From: Archangium sp.
Lineage (GTDB): Bacteria; Myxococcota; Myxococcia; Myxococcales; Myxococcaceae
Length of the DNA: 12,106 nt
Reading direction: 5' to 3'
Assembly (NCBI GenBank): GCA_031367385.1
Contig: JANLPS010000296.1
Location: 1 to 12,106 of the forward strand
Positions 8,386 to 12,106 of this stretch are shown here, piece by piece. The position numbers and the translations under genes are program-made. Position 1 is the stretch's first letter; the number at the start of each line of letters is the position of its first letter. Under the pieces are notes generated by a model, which saw only the letters and a list, made by a program, of their open reading frames with translations, did not search any database and was not told the DNA's origin.

Positions 8386-9675
8386 ATGGCGGGCGACAAG
8401 CACGCAGTCGTGGTGACCAACGTCACCAAACACTTCAAGAAAGTGGCCAAGCGCCGCGAGTACACGACCTTCAAGAGCGAGCTGGTGCGCTTCATCAAGG
8501 GTGACCGCGGCGTCAACGAGCCGACGCAGTACATCGAGGCGCTCAAGGGCGTCGACCTGGTGGTGCCCAAGGGCTCGACGGTCGGCATCATCGGCCGCAA
8601 CGGGTCGGGCAAGAGCACGCTGCTCAAGCTGATCACCGGCATCTACGCGCCGACCTCGGGCACGGTGCAGGTCAACGGGCGAATCTCAGCGCTGCTCGAG
8701 CTCGGCGCTGGCTTTCACCCCGACTTCAGCGGCCGAGAGAACATTTTGATCAACGGCATCATTCTCGGCATGAGCCGCGCCGAGGTGAAAGACCGCATGG
8801 AGGAGATCATCTCGTTCGCCGAGCTCGGTGAGTTCATCGATGAGCCGGTGCGCACCTATTCGAGCGGCATGTTCATGCGCCTGGCCTTCGCGGTCGCCAC
8901 CCACGTCGACCCCGAGCTGCTGATCGTCGACGAGATTCTCTCGGTCGGTGACGAGCACTTCGCCAAGAAGAGCCAGGCGAAGATGACCGAGTTCAAGACC
9001 TCGGGCAAAACGATTCTGCTGGTTACCCACGGTCTCGATGCGGTCGAGAAGTGGTGCGACCTCGCGGTGTGGATTGATGGGGGCAAGACCCGGTTGATGG
9101 GGTCTCCGGCGCACGTGGTGGCGGAGTACCGGCGCGCGGTGAACGCGGCTGAAGCACAAGACGCGAAGACCGGGCACTCGGCGTTGTCGGCGCCTGGGTT
9201 GGCGTTGCCCGAGATGGTCACTCCACCTTCGGCGCAAGAATCATTGCGCGCGGTGAGCGTGTCGGTGGTCGACGGCTCGGGGCAGCGGCCGCAGGCCTTC
9301 TTGGCCGACGCGAAGCTCGACGTGCTGGTCGACTTCGAGGCGACCGTGGCTCAGGCCGGCGAGTGCAGCGTCGATGTGCAGACCGCCGACGGTCGTCTGC
9401 TGTTCAGCTCGATCTTCTTGACCGGGTCGCTGCCGGTGGGCACCGGGCGGGCGCGAATGACGATCGCGCGGCTGGGCCTCGGTGAAGGCTCGTGGACCAT
9501 CGCAGCCTCGGTGCACGCGCCGGGAGCGACTCCGATGACCGCGGCGACGACGTCGTTCTTGGTGGCGCCGCACCCGGGTACCGGGTTGGTGCGCTTGCAG
9601 CACACCTGGTCGGTCGAAGGCCGCCCCCCCGAAGTCGATGCCCCCGTGCCCGGTCAACCGGTGGCGCGCGCGTAA
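8386..9675 (+). CDS. wzt: Polysaccharide export ABC ATPase with C-terminal extension (putative carbohydrate-binding domain)
   Basis: Walker A GRNGSGKS, ELGAGFHPDFSGRENI, signature YSSGM, Walker B LLIVDE and H-loop VTH, then a beta-rich C-terminal domain ending GLVRLQHTW. ATG lies 1 nt after the wzm stop. Confidence 0.93.
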   Translation: MAGDKHAVVVTNVTKHFKKVAKRREYTTFKSELVRFIKGDRGVNEPTQYIEALKGVDLVVPKGSTVGIIGRNGSGKSTLLKLITGIYAPTSGTVQVNGRISALLELGAGFHPDFSGRENILINGIILGMSRAEVKDRMEEIISFAELGEFIDEPVRTYSSGMFMRLAFAVATHVDPELLIVDEILSVGDEHFAKKSQAKMTEFKTSGKTILLVTHGLDAVEKWCDLAVWIDGGKTRLMGSPAHVVAEYRRAVNAAEAQDAKTGHSALSAPGLALPEMVTPPSAQESLRAVSVSVVDGSGQRPQAFLADAKLDVLVDFEATVAQAGECSVDVQTADGRLLFSSIFLTGSLPVGTGRARMTIARLGLGEGSWTIAASVHAPGATPMTAATTSFLVAPHPGTGLVRLQHTWSVEGRPPEVDAPVPGQPVARA

Positions 9676-10952
9676 TGGCCACGGTCGGTGACCTGCGCAC
9701 CCTGGTCGCGCGCCGCGTGGGCTTGAAGCGCCGGGTGGCCATGCTGGGCAGTGACGCGGCGTTGGTGAATTCACTGCAGCAAAACGGCTGCGAGCTGTTG
9801 GTCGACCCGGGCTCCCTCGAAGAAATCGCAGGGTTCTCGCCAGAGGTCGTGGTCGCCTTCGACGGGTTCGTGCTCGACGATGGGCGCGCGGCGTTTGCGA
9901 TGCTGGCGAAGGCAGTGCCGGCGGCCGAGGTGGTGTTCTCTTTCGCGCATGCGGGCTCGGCGACGGCCACGGTGACCGCGCTGACCGGCGCGAGCCCCGT
10001 CAAAGCCTTCGCCGAGCGCGACGTGAATGACTGGTTGGGCGCGGCTGGGTACGCAGTGACGTCTCGTGACGTGGTGGTGGTGCCGCATGTCGCCTCTGGG
10101 CTCTCGGCCGACACCGAGTCAGCGCTGCGGCAGCTCTTCGAGCAGCTGAACCCCGATGCGGCGGCCGACCGCCTGCTCGTCGTGGCCAAGCGCGGATCCG
10201 CGGTCACCCGGCCAGAGCGCACCAAAGGCCTGATCTCGGTCGTGATTTCAGCAGGGGCCGACGGGCCAGCGCTCGAAGGCACCCTGGCGTCGCTGGTCGG
10301 TCAACAGCAGCGCCCGATGGAGCTGGTGCTCAGCTCGGCGTTGTCGCTCGAGAAGACCGACGCGCTGCTCTCGAAGGCGCGGGCCCGTGCGGGCATCACC
10401 CCGGTGGCGGTGAGTTGCACGTCGAATGACTGGGCCGCGCGAACGAACGCAGGGCTCGCGCAGGCGCAAGGGCAATACCTCGCGTGCGTCGAGGCCGGAG
10501 ACCTGCTCACGCCGTTTCACCTGGCGGCGTTGGTGAAGCGCTTGGCCGATGGCACGCGGGCCTGGGCCTTGAGCGCGTCGGCGACGGGGCTGCCTTCAGC
10601 GTTCTCTTTGGCGACGTGGCTTCAGAGCGGTGCGGTGGCGCGGCAGAGCTACGTCATCGATCGTGATCGCACCGCGGCCTTTCCCCTCACGTTCGCCGAG
10701 GGTGTCGCCGGCGCCGAGGCGATGCGCTTCGCGCGACTGGCTGCGTTGTTCGAGCCCGAGTGGCTGTGCGGCGCTCCGAGCATCGAAGGTGTTCAGCCCG
10801 CGGTGGGTGGCCTCGAGACGCTCCTCGAGGCAATGCGTACCAGGCCGTTGCGAATGGTGACTGCCTTGAGCGAGGTGCTGAAGGTGCCCGCTGCGCCGCG
10901 GCTTCGAGACGTGCTGAGCGCTCGTGTCAAAGGTCTGACCCGTTCGCGCTGA
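9675..10952 (+). CDS. Fusion of degenerate class I SAM-methyltransferase-like domain and degenerate GT2 (GT-A) domain (425 aa)
   Basis: TAATG overlap with wzt. The C-terminal half (LISVVI...LEGTLASLVGQ...ELVL...AARTNAGLAQAQGQYLACVEAGD...P.HLAALV) follows the GT2 pattern. The N-terminal half (RRVAMLGS...GC...EVVVAFD...VVFSFAH...WLGAAGY...NPDAAADRLLVVA) follows glycan-cluster methyltransferases. Confidence 0.75.
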   Translation: MATVGDLRTLVARRVGLKRRVAMLGSDAALVNSLQQNGCELLVDPGSLEEIAGFSPEVVVAFDGFVLDDGRAAFAMLAKAVPAAEVVFSFAHAGSATATVTALTGASPVKAFAERDVNDWLGAAGYAVTSRDVVVVPHVASGLSADTESALRQLFEQLNPDAAADRLLVVAKRGSAVTRPERTKGLISVVISAGADGPALEGTLASLVGQQQRPMELVLSSALSLEKTDALLSKARARAGITPVAVSCTSNDWAARTNAGLAQAQGQYLACVEAGDLLTPFHLAALVKRLADGTRAWALSASATGLPSAFSLATWLQSGAVARQSYVIDRDRTAAFPLTFAEGVAGAEAMRFARLAALFEPEWLCGAPSIEGVQPAVGGLETLLEAMRTRPLRMVTALSEVLKVPAAPRLRDVLSARVKGLTRSR

Positions 10953-11011
10953 GCGACCGCTGCAAAAGTGATGGGGCGCCTCGCCGCTTCAGGGCAGACT
11001 GCCCGCTGCGA

Positions 11012-11950
11012 ATGCGAAAATTTGGGCTCGTGTGTGGCGCGGTGGTGATGACCGTCTTGGGTGGCTGCATCTGCTCAGGTGGGGTCGATGACGCAGACCC
11101 GTGCGCGCACAGCCTGTGCCTTGACGCAGGGGGCGGGCCCTCCGGTGATTCGGGAGTGCCCGATGCTGGTCAGCGCTCCAACGACGCGGGGGTCGCCACG
11201 GGAGACGCGGGCACCAGCCCCGCTGACGCCGGGCGCAACCCTGCTGACCCGGTGTATGACGGGCCCACTTCACTCTCGTGCAGCGACGTCGGCGAGGTCT
11301 GCGCGACGACGTGTGCCGATGGTGGGTGCCCCACCTGCAAGACGAGTGGTTCTTGCATAGCGCACTGTGATGACGGGCATTGCCCTCAGAGCTGCAGCGA
11401 CGACGCCAGGTGCACGCTGTGGTGCGACCGGGGTGACTGCTCGCAGGCCTGCATTCACTCCAGCCTGCAGTGTGCTGCGTCGTGTACCCAGGGCCGGTGT
11501 CGTCAGGTCATGTATCAGCAGCCGGGTGACACGAGTTTGTGGTGTGACGATGGGTCGTGCGACCAGGCCTGCGCTGAGACCATTGGGAGTTGCTCGCTGT
11601 GGTGCAACCGCGGCTCATGCCGTCAACAGTGCACCTCGCCAGGCACGGGGTGCTCGCTGGAGTGCGAGAAGGGTTCGTGCGACCAACGCTCCTATTCCCA
11701 GAGAGCTCCACGCCCGACCGATGGCACGAACGCGTTCTGGTGCAGCGAGGGTACGTGCTCGCAGCGCTGCGGCGGCAACCAGACCTGTGTCATGCGCTGC
11801 ATGGACGGCGGCTGCACGATGAGCTGTCTCGACTCGGCGACGTGTCTGTTCGACTGCAGCGGGCCTGGGGGCCATTGCAAGACCCACTGCGAGCCGGGCG
11901 CGCACTGCACCGAGCAGTGTCGGCCTGATGGCGGCTGCACTCGTTTCTGA
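11012..11950 (+). CDS. Cys-rich repeat lipoprotein (312 aa)
   Basis: MRK, a hydrophobic stretch and LGG-C lipobox (Cys19); a Gly/Asp/Pro linker with five DAG motifs; then 40 Cys in residues 90-309 arranged in ~19-20 aa repeats. The track's 10760 start overlaps the upstream gene. Confidence 0.85.
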   Translation: MRKFGLVCGAVVMTVLGGCICSGGVDDADPCAHSLCLDAGGGPSGDSGVPDAGQRSNDAGVATGDAGTSPADAGRNPADPVYDGPTSLSCSDVGEVCATTCADGGCPTCKTSGSCIAHCDDGHCPQSCSDDARCTLWCDRGDCSQACIHSSLQCAASCTQGRCRQVMYQQPGDTSLWCDDGSCDQACAETIGSCSLWCNRGSCRQQCTSPGTGCSLECEKGSCDQRSYSQRAPRPTDGTNAFWCSEGTCSQRCGGNQTCVMRCMDGGCTMSCLDSATCLFDCSGPGGHCKTHCEPGAHCTEQCRPDGGCTRF

Positions 11951-11967
11951 GTGCGGCGCCTTAGTCG

Positions 11968-12106
11968 CAATGCCGATCAGTTAGGACGGCGCTTGTGCGG
12001 GCGTCGCGGGAGGATCATAGAGGGAGCTCTGGTTTGCGGGGAGCTTTCATATGCGGCTCGAGGATTCGTTCGCGGTAGTTCCTCTGGGGTTGCCGGGCGA
12101 CTTCGA
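11968..12106 (+). mobile_element. Probable left end of an IS4-family insertion sequence (truncated)
   Basis: 11968-11985 CAATGCCGATCAGTTAGG matches 16/18 the E. coli IS4 terminal repeat as I recall it (TAATGCCGATCAGTTAAG). An SD-preceded ATG follows 83 nt inside. The other end and the DDE domain are outside the window. Confidence 0.65.
12051..12106 (+). CDS. 5' fragment of a CDS (MRLEDSFAVVPLGLPGDF...), probably the IS4-family transposase
   Basis: GGGGAG (12038-12043) lies 7 nt before the ATG and the frame is open to the window end. Identity is inferred only from its position inside the putative IR. Confidence 0.5.
   Translation, partial: MRLEDSFAVVPLGLPGDF

Noticed and set aside
10992..11004. 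GGGCA-GAC-TGCCC hairpin as terminator of the glycan operon
   Set aside because: Only a 5-bp stem with a 3-nt loop and no U-tract. It may instead overlap a promoter element (CAGACT), but this is unsupported.
11279..11938. Multiheme cytochrome c or ferredoxin
   Set aside because: No CxxCH motifs and no CxxCxxCxxxC ferredoxin pattern. The export signal favours disulfides.

Overview
GC-rich bacterial window, probably Myxococcota (inferred from two lipoproteins with repeated DAG linkers and a Cys-rich solenoid). Left to right: (i) a truncated ~21-bp tandem repeat; (ii) a minus-strand 318-aa hypothetical protein with papain-like Gln/Cys/His spacing, behind a perfect sigma28-type -10 box (GCCGATAA); (iii) a coupled three-gene unit: a stand-alone E2/acyltransferase catalytic domain whose DHRxxDG motif reads DRRIMAG, an SRPBCC protein and a CSLREA/beta-helix lipoprotein; (iv) fumC; (v) a tightly coupled surface-polysaccharide operon: Gfo/Idh/MocA oxidoreductase, DegT aminotransferase, wzm, wzt and a methyltransferase-GT2 fusion with both domains apparently degenerate; (vi) a lipoprotein with a 40-Cys repeat domain; (vii) the probable left end of an IS4-family element cut by the window edge. 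The most unusual signals are the two apparent pseudoenzymes, the sigma28-driven putative cysteine protease and the pairwise Cys loss in the repeat protein. All family assignments come from motif recognition by eye; no searches were run.
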